Assembly: GCA_907165135.1 (NCBI GenBank)
Contig: OU015570.1
Location: forward strand, 744,001 to 808,000
Length of the DNA: 64,000 nucleotides
Reading direction: 5' to 3'
Origin: Oikopleura dioica
Taxonomy: Eukaryota > Animalia > Chordata
This document shows, piece by piece, positions 1 through 10,206 of the stretch. Made by a program: the position numbers and the translations under genes. Below the pieces are notes generated by a model, which ran no database searches, was not told the origin of the DNA, and was given only the letters and a program-made list of their open reading frames with translations. Each line of letters opens with the position of its first letter. Positions within the stretch are counted from its first letter, which is position 1.

Positions 1-104
1 GACCCTGGCCCTCAGCACAGACAAGAGAGAGAGAAATGAACTGACATTTTTTCTCTAGATGGGCGAGCTCATGGCCGTGTGCTCGCGCTCGAGATAGGGT
101 TAAC

Positions 105-360
105 GGTCTGGCCTTCTTAGACCATTGAATTCGACGAAGGCAGATAGAGTTATCTTTTGATGAGTGAAATGCGCTAATTCGGCATTTATGCCACATTTTT
201 AAAACTTAATCCTCAACAAAACTCCCGAAAGATTTGGGCGATCCCGAAAGGTTCGGGAAATCCCGAAAGATTCGGGAGTAATCCCGAAACATTCGGGAAA
301 TCCTGAAACATTCGGGAAATCCCGAAACATTCGGGATCCCGAAAGGTTGGAAGTGACAAC
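105..360. repeat. TCCCGAA/TTCGGGA palindromic array; inverted diverged copy at about 3240-3455, fragments at about 1110-1180 and 3695-3745
   Basis: Repeated TTCGGGA..TCCCGAA units with a shared flank (GGCCTTCTTAGACCAT). Confidence 0.75.
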
Positions 361-2554
361 CATTTTACAATTGCTATATAAGAAGCTCGCATGCGATATA
401 CCATCATTCTCAGAGCTGACTGTCGGAATTGAATTTGTTATTTTATTGCTCTGCTGCGGAGGACTATACCTGCTGGAAAACATGAGCGCTGGGAGAGCTC
501 AAAAGTCAAGAAAAAATGACTTTTTCTATTCTGGAAAATGAATTTCAAAATCAACAATGAATAAATACTTTTTCTACTAGATTTTCCTAGTAACGCTGTC
601 TGTGGGCGGTGGATATAGAGGATTGAAGTTGGATAAGAGGATTAAAAGTCCATTTTCACCTTCTTATCCATCCTCACTTGACACATTCGACGTCATATTG
701 TTTTGATTATTCAATTTATTTAATTCATTTTAAATGTTTTTTCATTTTGTGAAAAGTTCTCCAGGAAATCAGATCTTCCATCCGGTAAATCTTCCAGCAT
801 AAAAGTCCTTTGACATCCTCCGAAATCACGTGAACAAAATGTTCAGTGTATTATATAATCTTCTTTATTTATTGGTCTTCAGCAAAATGGATCTTCAATT
901 GGAGGAGTCCTCCGGAACAGAAGGGTCCTCCAAGGTCAGGTGATCAAAAAGTGACTGAAAATTCTATGTGTTAGACTTTATGCCAGTGATTATTGGTCTT
1001 CCAGCAAAGAGGTCTTCCAGCAAAAAGGTCTTCCAGTAGAAAGGGTCCTCCACGGGTCTTTCTAGAGATCACGTGGTCAAAAACAAATTGATAAGAGTTA
1101 TCAGAGGTTCAACCTTCGGTCGGTTGAAACTTCGAACAGTTCGGGATCCCGAATGATTCGGGATTTCCCGAATCATTGGAAGAGAAAATGGAGGTTTTTC
1201 TCTTCGAACGAAAAAAGTAAAGTAAATTAAAAAATATAGAACAAATTTGTAGTGATCTGTTCGGAAGTTCATCGATGCTCAAGAGCCAAAAATATATTTT
1301 CATAACAAATGAATGAATCACCCGTAAAATTTCCTACAAGACAGGCGCAAAGCGCATTCACACTCGTTGACTCTAAAAATCATCGGAATTTGAATCTCTG
1401 TCAATTTCTATTAATAAGAAAGATTTCATTATCTACAGTAGGCCTTTGATCTCATTTAAAAATGCGAAAATTCGACCCTTCTGTTAGATAAAAGTTCCTT
1501 ACACTCCCGAACCATTCAGGATTACCATGAAGTTGAGCAGTTAAGGGAGATAGGAGAATCTGCCCATGTCTGAAGACATGTGGCGAGAGATATTGGCCCT
1601 GGTCATGGGCATTTCTGAGCGCACCTAATCTTGGGGAGAAGCCGCGCTAACCCTTGTCGGCTCTCTCATTGGCTCAGACCCGTTTACTTTCCAGATTCTG
1701 TTCTTCAGAATCTCGAGATTCTTCTAAACCGCCAAGCAAGTGCTTAAGAAATTTTCTAGACTTCCCCGACAGTGATTTGCGCGGGAAACGGGGAAGGGGG
1801 CCCAGGGGCTTTCTCCCACAAGAGTTAAACTTCATGGTACAATAGTGTTTGAGTGCAGAAAGCAGTATGTTAGGCAAGAATCGCTCTTGCCCGTAGCAAA
1901 CGCTTGTGACCATTTCTGGTTACTTCCGGTCTACTTCCGGTCACTTCCGGTTCACTTCCGGTCACTTTCGATTCACTTGTGGTTAACCTCCAGATCATTA
2001 CTATAAGTGCGCATCGATAAATATACCTTACGAATGCGATACTGAGCTTATGCTCACTTGAAACAGCGCCACCTGGTGCAAGCTCGCGCCCCACTTAGTG
2101 TCAGCTATCGAGCGCCGCCTAATTCAAAAATTCGACCGTCAACTCAAATTTTAAAATTAATAGCAATGTGTCTTCATGACAGCTATCTTTTTTCAAAATC
2201 TCGAAATCATGAAAGAAATATGCAATCGTGAAAAAAAAGTACCTTGATTTAAAATTGAAGAGTAGCAAACTGTTGGAAGATGTAGAATTGAGCGAAGAAA
2301 GACGAGTTGAAAAAGTTATTGCTGATCCGTTAGAGTCGAAACAGGAAAACCGCTGCGAAATCGGCAGCTTGAAATGAACTAGACGTCTGGGCGAAAGCCG
2401 CGCTTGGATTGACTGTAGTAGCACTTAGCAGTGCTGTTGTTTACTGGAAAGAAAAATTTCTCTTTTTTCTAGAAATTTGTTTTGTTTCTGGGGCAATTCA
2501 AATCTCTTTTATAAAAATTTTACTTCAGTCACCAGTTTGGGGACTGGATTTATG

Positions 2555-3062
2555 CGACAGTACTGAACATGGTTCGAATGGCACAAATGTCACGAATGGC
2601 ACGAAAACATGTCTTTTCATTGTGCCATTTTCAGTAAAATTCTAGAAACTCTTTTTTATTCTTTTCCACCCTTGAGTTTCCTTCCAGTGGTAAGCTACCA
2701 CTAAACTCGCGGAGCGGGCGACTTCTTTGACGAATTAAATAAAGGCCAAGTTTCAAAAAAGAATCTTTTATTTCGATTATTTGGATATCTTGCTTATAAA
2801 AAATTTATTAAAGTTAACGTACATCAAAAGAATTGTAAATGGAATTGGATTTTTAATAAATTGTATATTGTGATGATTTTTGTGAACGAACAAAATCGCT
2901 GCAACCCGTCCGGATAAACCAGATCAATTTTCGAATGGTGAATCTTCCTTTTTGATCGTTAAATTTTATACAAAAATTTTAAAGCGTTTTTCTAACTTCA
3001 AAACAACATGTCTCGACTTTCGTGCCATTTCCAGCATTTTCGTGCCATTTTCAGTATTGACC
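2555..3062. mobile_element. MITE, 8-bp TSD
   Basis: TSD GATTTATG at 2547-2554 and 3063-3070, degenerate TIR ..CAGTACTGAA, and an empty-site paralog at about 57783-57810. Confidence 0.8.
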
Positions 3063-3793
3063 GATTTATGACTGTTTTATTTGGTTGGAAATGATAACCG
3101 CTCAAGATTGTGTATGCAAATGCACCAATCTGGAGGGGCGGGGTTGTCAAGAAAATCGGTCCTCGCGCGAACAGGAGCAAGCATGCTTAACCCTTTGGGC
3201 GAGCAAAACGTTTTTAAACAAATATAACTTATTATTTGGTTGTCACTTCCAACCTCTCGGGATCCTGAATATTTCGGGATTTCTTGAATCTTTCGGGAAT
3301 TCCCGAACCTTTCGGGATCGCCCGATTTATTCGGGAGTTATGTTGAGGATTTCGTTATAAAAAAATGGTATAAATGCCGAACTAGGGCATTTTACAAATC
3401 AAAATGATAACTATATCTGCCTTCATAAAATTCGATGGTCTAAGAAGGCCGTACCTTTTATCAATGGTGAATTTGCAGTCAAAGAGGATGTGTGCGCTCC
3501 GCGCCTGTCTTATAGAAAACTTTATTAGTTATAAATCCAATTATTCGAGTAAATAATTTTTTTCCTTCGCGCCTTCATTTGCTCCAATAAAGATGTACGT
3601 AGACGTAACTTTTTGGCTTTAAATATTTTCTCGGACAGAAATTATCAAAAACGATCCCAGAAAGGTTCGAATACAAAAAGGCTCATTTTCACTGCGAACG
3701 TTTCGGGAAATTCCGAAACATTCGGGATCCCGAAAGGTTGGAAGATTCAACCTTATTATTGCGACAGTCTACTGTACTCAAAACTCATTGTCA

Positions 3794-3994
3794 AAGCTCA
3801 TCATCATTCAGCACAACATTATTTATTTTTTCAGAGAAATTTCGCCATAAAAGTCTACGCGATCCGTAAGTTATATTCGGCATCGTTAAAAATCTCTGAA
3901 AAACTGGGGCACAAAGCTTTTGATCACTCTCCCATGGATTGTCAGATATTCCGATTAACAAAATTTGATCACCTTGGTTCAACGTCTTCATCAT
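3794..3994 (-). CDS. IQCA1: Exon of IQCA1/DRC11-like AAA-ATPase (post-Walker B region)
   Basis: Translates MMKTLNQGDQILLIGISDNPWESDQKLCAPVFQRFLTMPNITYGSRRLLWRNF, matching my recollection of IQCA1 (ILKLLKPDDRILIVGTT..PFDA......[21 protein letters not shown]). Preceded by AG at 3995-3996. The 3' boundary is uncertain. Confidence 0.8.
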
Positions 3995-4039
3995 CTTCCA
4001 AACGGATTGAAATAAACAATTTTTCTTGGGTTTATAATC

Positions 4040-4953
4040 GGGGGTAGGAGAATGGCGTTTCTAAAATTAGGAACGGTTCCTAAATTTAGGAACGGTTCCT
4101 AAAATTAGGAACGCCATTCTCCGAAAATTTCTTTATCTCATAAATGCAAAAAGCTAAAAATTAGGAACCGTTCCTAAAAAATTTTCTAGAGCCCCTATTT
4201 CTATGTTAATTTTTCATTTCTTTTGCCTCAAAAATGAGCAAAAAAATGATTCAGGTTGCCTTAAAGTCGAAAATGTGTTTTACTCTTACCCTTTTTTGAT
4301 GAAAATCATAATAACACTGCTCTGAAAATCATAAAACTACCTAACCCTAACCTTTTTTAAAGAAAATTCAAGTTTCCTAAAAGATTTTTTGTAGTGAGTC
4401 CATTTGCTTGCCGCAAAAGACGAAATATGCGCTTCGCGCCTGTTTTTTAGCAAAGTCAAGAAATTATTTGCTTTTTAATGAGAAAAAAAAAGGGATTTTT
4501 GGGGGACGGGCGGCTACGTTACAAATTTGTAACGCCGTTACAATTTTGTAACGCCGTTACAAAATTCAGATTTTTTACAATAAAAATTATTTTAAATTTC
4601 GTAATTCTTATTTTTTGGACAGAATATGCAATAAAGTATACCAAGAAGTAGTTTCCTTCAATTCAAGCGCGAAGCGCACACTCATTCAATGATTTTTATT
4701 TTGAATTTTTGTAACGCCGTTACAATTTTAACTACTTGTAACGTAGCCGCCCTACACCCGATTTTTGCTTCCCTAACCCTAACCTTACCCCTAAGCTTAA
4801 CCGAAATTTTAGGAACGGTTCCTAATTTTAGGAACGCCATTCTCCGCTTTTTTGTTTAAGATCTTCAGCAACGGTTCCTAAAAAATTAGGAACGGTTCCT
4901 AAAATTTAGGAACGGTTCCTAAAAAATTTTAGGAACGCCATTCTCTCATCCCC
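4040..4953. mobile_element. Non-autonomous derivative (914 bp) of the 46764-50704 transposon family
   Basis: Same GGGGGTAGGAGAATGGCG termini and TTAGGAACGGTTCCTAA arrays. TSD TTATAATC at 4032-4039 and 4954-4961. Confidence 0.92.
4502..4759. mobile_element. MITE nested in 4040-4953 (GGG..GGGCGGCTACG TIR)
   Basis: TSD GATTTTTG at 4494-4501 and 4760-4767; subterminal TGTAACGCCGTTACA palindromes. Confidence 0.8.
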
Positions 4954-5445
4954 TTATAATCGAGCGTTGATCCGCGCAACGACAATGGTACTTTCTCCAG
5001 ATCAATCACGGAAAGCCTATTGAAACGGTAACTTTGGGGCTTATCTATTGTTTGGGCATAGTCGACGTGCAAATTAAAGGTGACATCAGGGCTGCTGAAT
5101 TCGGAGCGTTTATGGTTACCCGCGATTTTCTCAGCGGAAAATCTTCTGATTTTACCTGTTAACCCGGGCTTTTTCCGCTCATCCGATCGTCCGATGTAAC
5201 CCGGCGCGCGGATTACTCGCGATTCTTTGCTACCCTTTTCTCCGATTTGATCCGCGCCGCGGATAACCCGCGATTTTCCATTATCTTTTTTCTTAGAAGT
5301 AGCGACAATGCAAAATCCCTTTTTCTTTTTAAAAATACACATTTTATGAAATCAACTCGATTTTTCAAAAGATTCTGACAATTTAACCAATATTGAAGAT
5401 AACAGAAACCAAAGAAAATGAAATTTGTAGTTTTTGAAATTTTAT

Positions 5446-5482
5446 TTGCAAGCTTTCGGCCTACAAGGCCATCTTCAGGCAA
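5446..5482 (-). ncRNA. Minimal type I hammerhead ribozyme motif
   Basis: Minus strand UUGC-CUGAAGA-U-GGCC-UUGUA-GGCC-GAAA-GC-UU-GCAA: catalytic core, stem II GGCC/GGCC, stem I UUGC/GCAA, palindromic stem III AAGCUU. Confidence 0.75.
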
Positions 5483-5718
5483 CTGAATGGTTCGATTAAT
5501 ACAGAAAAAGTACAATTAAGTAGTAGAATTTGACAGAAAGGGCACCGGTAAAAGAGTATCTAGAGAATTTTTGAAAGAAGTCTAGAGACTTTTTCATGTT
5601 CTGGAGATTATAACGGCACTGAGCGAAGGAGAGGGAAACCAGCGAGGTGGCGTAATAAATTCCCTCTCCGTAAAATAATCATTGATAAATCTAGTGCTGG
5701 TCCTAGTAATTAACTTTC

Positions 5719-5951
5719 TGTAAGCGTCTAAGTTCTGCGTCTGCTCTAGTACTAGGCGTTCTCTTTTCTGCTAGTCGTAGCCTCTACTATATTCTTCAAT
5801 AAAAACACGGGAAAGGTAGTTTCCGATAAAACGTGTATTCTGCACTTTTACTGTGCGCGGACTGAAGCAGTGAACGTAAAAGTGGCAGAGAAGAGCGCGG
5901 CGCGAGATCCTAATCAGATCTCTAACCGACTTTCAGCACTAAGACCTCACA
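5719..5951 (-). repeat. 3' LTR of element 1
   Basis: Direct repeat of 14300-14532 (232/233 identical), TG...CA ends. Confidence 0.97.
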
Positions 5952-6255
5952 GCTCCCCAGATTCTAGAGACGATCGAGAATCTTCGGTTGAAGAGTTGAA
6001 GTTGGTGAGATGAGTCATCGTAGAAGTGCAGAAGGGAAAGGTGAAGGGAAAGGCAGCCAATCAACTCAACGTGGCGTCGGAATTGCACCAGTGTAGAGAC
6101 GAAAAGTCGAGAAATGTCGGACGGAGATCGAACCATTTCCGGACAGCGGGAGCCAATCAGAGCGCGAGAAGAAGTATACTCACACCAGACGAGTTTTCTT
6201 TTGCAGAAAACTTCCCTTGTTCTACGAGTACTCTTGCGAGTGTGGTCAACTCGAA

Positions 6256-6918
6256 TCAAGGAAGTTTTTTCCTGATTCCACCACCAAAGACGCTCGGATT
6301 TCCGATGAAGGAAGAAAGATCAGCTGACGAAGAAGGTGAATACAAATGATGTCCATGTAGAGAGTCTGCCGCACATCCACGAGGAGCAGAAGTCGTCTTA
6401 TCAGGTAAAACTTGAACATCATTTTCCACCAAGTCAGTCGAGCGAGGCGTAGTTGAAGTTGACGTAGAACGGGCGGGAGCGGTTGAATTTCCAGCAGTCG
6501 AGGGAAGAAGTGAAGCTGCATTTTGACGCTTCAGATCAGGCAACGAGTCGGGACTCGCCCTTTTCCTCTTTTTTCTAGTAGACATGCCAGAGGTTAACAA
6601 TTGCTTTTCAGCAGCCGGCCTCCCAACCTTTGGTATTCTTGCTAGAGGTCCAGGATACGAACCAAAAGCGCCGACCAGTAGATTTTGAGGCGAATCGAGG
6701 TCATCGCCGCAGATGAGCTCTTGTACGAGAGCCCGGTCGGAGGGAGATTCGAGATGATCATTGCGCGGTGGGACCAAACGCAGATGAGATCGGTGAACCC
6801 AGTCACGAAAGTCGGCTCCGTCGACGATTTTGACGACAGTTTCTGAGGCGATTTCGTGTAATGTTCCACTGGTAACTTTCTGCTGAGTCAGGCAAGATGC
6901 AGCCGCTAGCTCTTGCAA
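6256..6918 (-). CDS. 220-aa ORF with an integrase C-terminal (SH3-like) motif, basic NLS-like patch and S/T-rich tail
   Basis: ETVVKIVDGADFRDWVHRSHLRLVPPR resembles the end of Gypsy integrases. It also contains RKKRKR. Confidence 0.5.
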   Translation of the reverse strand: MQELAAASCLTQQKVTSGTLHEIASETVVKIVDGADFRDWVHRSHLRLVPPRNDHLESPSDRALVQELICGDDLDSPQNLLVGAFGSYPGPLARIPKVGRPAAEKQLLTSGMSTRKKRKRASPDSLPDLKRQNAASLLPSTAGNSTAPARSTSTSTTPRSTDLVENDVQVLPDKTTSAPRGCAADSLHGHHLYSPSSSADLSSFIGNPSVFGGGIRKKLP

Positions 6919-7159
6919 ATATAGACTGGTTTATTGAGAATAGAAAACTGAGAGGGGCAATCGTGTACAGCTGACGAGAAGGGTGAGAGTCAGCGGGGAG
7001 CAACTAATTTGGGGCTAAGGGGGCTTTGATCAGGCTAAATATAGGCTCTATGATTGACAGTTTAGGAACTGTAGCTAAAGTAGAACACTTCACCCTTCCC
7101 CCACTTAGGGTTGGTACATTTTGATGTATAAATCACACGAGATGAAGAAGAAGCACACG

Positions 7160-8420
7160 TTTTGGTAACTAAAATGATAACAATAGTAAAGAAAACAGTA
7201 GATATGTTTTTGGAAATAGAAAATGCACAGGGATAAAAAGTTTCATTTCTTTTTTGCAGGGAGAGCTGGACATCAGGGGCGGTTTTGACGGCGTCGATGA
7301 TGTACAGTTGTTAGTAGAGAGCTGAAAGAGGGAAAGTCGAGTTGATTTGATGGATATCCAGGTTGTTGTCGGCACATGATTGTCGGGTTGTTTTTGGAAA
7401 GCGGATCAGGTGCTATTGAAGAGGTTGAAGTTGAATAGGCGCAAGGGTTAGTATGACGTTGAAGGCGGAATCAGCGGTGAGGAGTATGTAGGTGTTGCTA
7501 ACGTCGAGGATGATGCGAAGAGGAAGATACAGGAAACAAACGGGCTTGTAGGTGTCAGACGGAGTCGACGTCATTGGTTTGGAGGATGTTGGTTGATAAG
7601 TTGTCGGGGTCGGCGGTGTGGCCAGTGGGGTTGTGGATGGTGATATAGGCGGTGTCAGTAGAGGTAGTACGGTTGTTGTTGTTGGTGTCGGCAGCGTCGG
7701 TGGAAGTGGTGTTGATGTTGGAGACGTCGAGGTCGTTGTCTTTGTTGGTGATGTCGGCGGTTTCGGTGGAAGTGGTGATGGTGGTTGTGCGGCTGCTCAC
7801 TGGCTACCTTGGGTCTAGAGGTGTTAAGGGTGTACCGGGTAGTTAGATCATTAACCTTGGAAGAATTCTAGCTTCTAACTCTACTGATGGAATTCCTGCG
7901 GTCACCTCGCTACTAGGCCTCAGATTCTTATCTGAACCAGGGTGAACTGGTCGGTCTATCGTTTTGATCGGGAATGATCGATAGACAAGCAGACATTCGT
8001 AGAAAGTATTCCAAAAGTTTAAAGATGTTTTGTAGTTAGTCCCTTATCCTTCCCCCGGTTACCCTATTGAGAGGTGGTCTTGATCGGTCATTTGAGGTTT
8101 TTAGGTCAAAAGCAAGAGATACCCTTAAGATCGTGAACTCTTTGACATTTGATTATTGGAAATATTTGAATGTTGAGATTATTTACGGGAATGCTCGTAG
8201 ATCGCCCTGAGTGTAATTGAACTTGGGAAGCTAGTGATTATTTATCCTTGGTGCATTATGAATAGAACATTTATACCCGGCCAGTTCACAATGGCGTGTT
8301 CTATGGGTCGAATCGATAGTGAAAAATTGATTCAGAAAAGCCTCGGCGCTATGCACCTTACTCCCTCCCGCTGAAACATAAGCACACTAGAATAAGAAAA
8401 ATAATCACCCTGCGAGAGGT
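7160..8420 (-). pseudogene. Putative fourth ORF: frameshifted membrane glycoprotein with a mucin-like P/T/S stalk
   Basis: Stop-free 127-codon frame at 7413-7796 (AAAQPPSPLPPKPPTSPTKTTTSTSPTSTPLPPTLPTPTTTT...), absent from the ORF track. Hydrophobic RRVIIFLILVCLC near 8375-8415 and ISTVFFTIVIILVT near 7165-7210 lie in neighbouring frames. Confidence 0.45.
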
Positions 8421-8480
8421 CCATGACGGAGCTATTTCACTGCGGCTTGTTGTGAACTGAACTTTGAGCGGGGCGGCTAG

Positions 8481-10150
8481 CTACACTACAGGTTGATTCA
8501 GTCGAGTTATTTCCTTATTGAAAAATCTCATTCGGTTTCCAAAAGTCAAGAACACTAGAGCAATGAGTGTAAGTAAAGAGGCGCTAGAAACGATGAGGAA
8601 GAGAAGATTATTTTCCACATCCTCTTGGATGTCCTCTATGAAGGTTGGTTCAAACACGTCACTGCGGGTGACATTGAAGTTACGATCATCGAATTCGAAC
8701 TCAATCTCAGCCGCTGCTCTAGCGAGTGTCATATTTGAAGAGTAAATGCGATCAGTCTTAGTGATGGGTATCAAGAGGCCCTGGCAGTGGACTTCTTGGT
8801 CAAGCTCTGACGCTTCGAAGTAACGTAGACCCTGAAACAGATCACGTTTTCTTGCAAGGTCAGGTGACACTGAACGCACACGATGTTCCGCGGGCACAAT
8901 ACTGTACACTACGGCGCCACTTCTCGTGTATGCGTAGGTGCATGGGGCTTCGCTTGGCCAAGATCTAGTGGGGCAGGTAGCTACGTCGCTCAAGCATGAA
9001 TTAGAGCTGAGAGCGGAATTTTTGCATACCATCAGTGTGTCCCGTGAGCTGTAGCATTCGAAACGGTTCAGCTGGAACAACCGACCCGATATCTCTGTCG
9101 CATACGGGGAAATCTGCGCCGCCGTTGTGACAAACTTGTCCTCAATTTTTTCCACGATGCCAAAACTGGTTACTCTGTGAAGCTGACTCGGTTCAGCCAT
9201 AATGACCGGAAACCTCATCTCAACATAGATTTTGATCGAGTTCTCATCGAGATACGAGCCGATTAGTCTTGGCCGCAATTCTCTTGGAAGGTCGAAGAGC
9301 AGGTCTTTGCAAAATGTCATGCATGACTGTTCTCGCATACTAGGACACGAAGCCGCCAGGCATCCGCTCCTCCAGAGCATAATGTAGTCAATGGTAGGAG
9401 GGATGTTACCTGTCGCGAGTTCGCTAACCTCACTGTCAATTTGCTCCAGATAGTTCTGAGTAGCCTGTGCTGCGATAGCACTTGTGCTGAGTTCGAACTT
9501 CTGGTTGGATTCAAGGCAGACCTGTTGTTCAAGAAGGTCGATCTTAGCGTAAGTCTCATTGATGCAAACGCTTACTGATGCCATTGAATCTTTTAACGCA
9601 TTCTCAAGCGTATTCACGCGTTCCTTCGTATGGAGCGTAACTTTTTTCAGATTTTGAATTTGTATGTTATTAACGACCTTCATTGAAAAATTGAGAACGC
9701 TTGACAGAAGAGAAGCGCCCGCGACTAAATCACGTCCTTTTCGAATCACGTGACCAGATCTGAGAGCTGACTTGCGTCGTCGCTCGCGCACGTCCCTTTT
9801 GAGCAGATTAGCCTCAGCATTGATTGCCAAAATGCGCCTCTTGAAATCGGAGTCGATCGATTCTCGTAGCGCGGCTAATCGATCTGATGCGCGGCTATCT
9901 GAGCACTCCCGTCTAGCGCTTCTATCTTTGGAGAAGTATTTCTCGCAATTCTCCTTTGAGCACTTAGGCAGTACAATATTCAGATAGGGTTGCGTTGGTT
10001 TGGGCCGCTCAATTTCAACGATATGGACCGCCCTTTGTCGTGACAGATACAAATCCCCAGATGCCTCAAGGACCACACCCCTGGTAAGACCATGTCCCCG
10101 TAGCCGAGTGAAAGCAGTTGAAGTGAGAAGAGCAAGGATCCGTTCGTCAT
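8481..10150 (-). CDS. env: Env-like class I fusion glycoprotein (one frameshift near the N-terminus)
   Basis: The listed 574-aa ORF has a basic cleavage site RKGR before hydrophobic DLVAGASLLSSVLNF, a heptad region, a Cys-rich block, N-glycosylation sequons (NFS, NET, NMT, NVT) and a C-terminal TM (LLFLIVSSASLLTLIALVFLTF). A signal-peptide-like start MTNGSLLFSLQLLSLGYG-D begins at ATG 10150 in an adjacent frame. Confidence 0.85.
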
Positions 10151-10170
10151 CTGAAAAAGATAAGTTAGTG
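10151..10170 (-). promoter_or_regulatory. Splice acceptor for env (branch point ACTAAC plus TTATCTTTTTCAG)
   Basis: Minus strand reads CACTAACTTATCTTTTTCAG|ATG directly ahead of the signal-peptide ATG. Confidence 0.7.
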
Positions 10171-10206
10171 GTTGGGCTCAGACAAAATTTGATATTTTTG
10201 GTCAAA

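Noticed and set aside
199-483. ORFs across the TCCCGAA arrays (also 1069-1321 and 3085-3360)
   Set aside because: Products of palindromic tandem repeats; no protein signal.
4050-4180. CRISPR-like look of the TTAGGAACGGTTCCTAA palindromic arrays
   Set aside because: No unique spacers, eukaryotic context; they are transposon subterminal repeats.
7555-7846. Listed T/D/N-rich and V/G-rich ORFs
   Set aside because: Alternative frames or antisense readings of the same CA-rich segment; the unlisted P/T/S frame at 7413-7796 is longer and preferred, though not proven.
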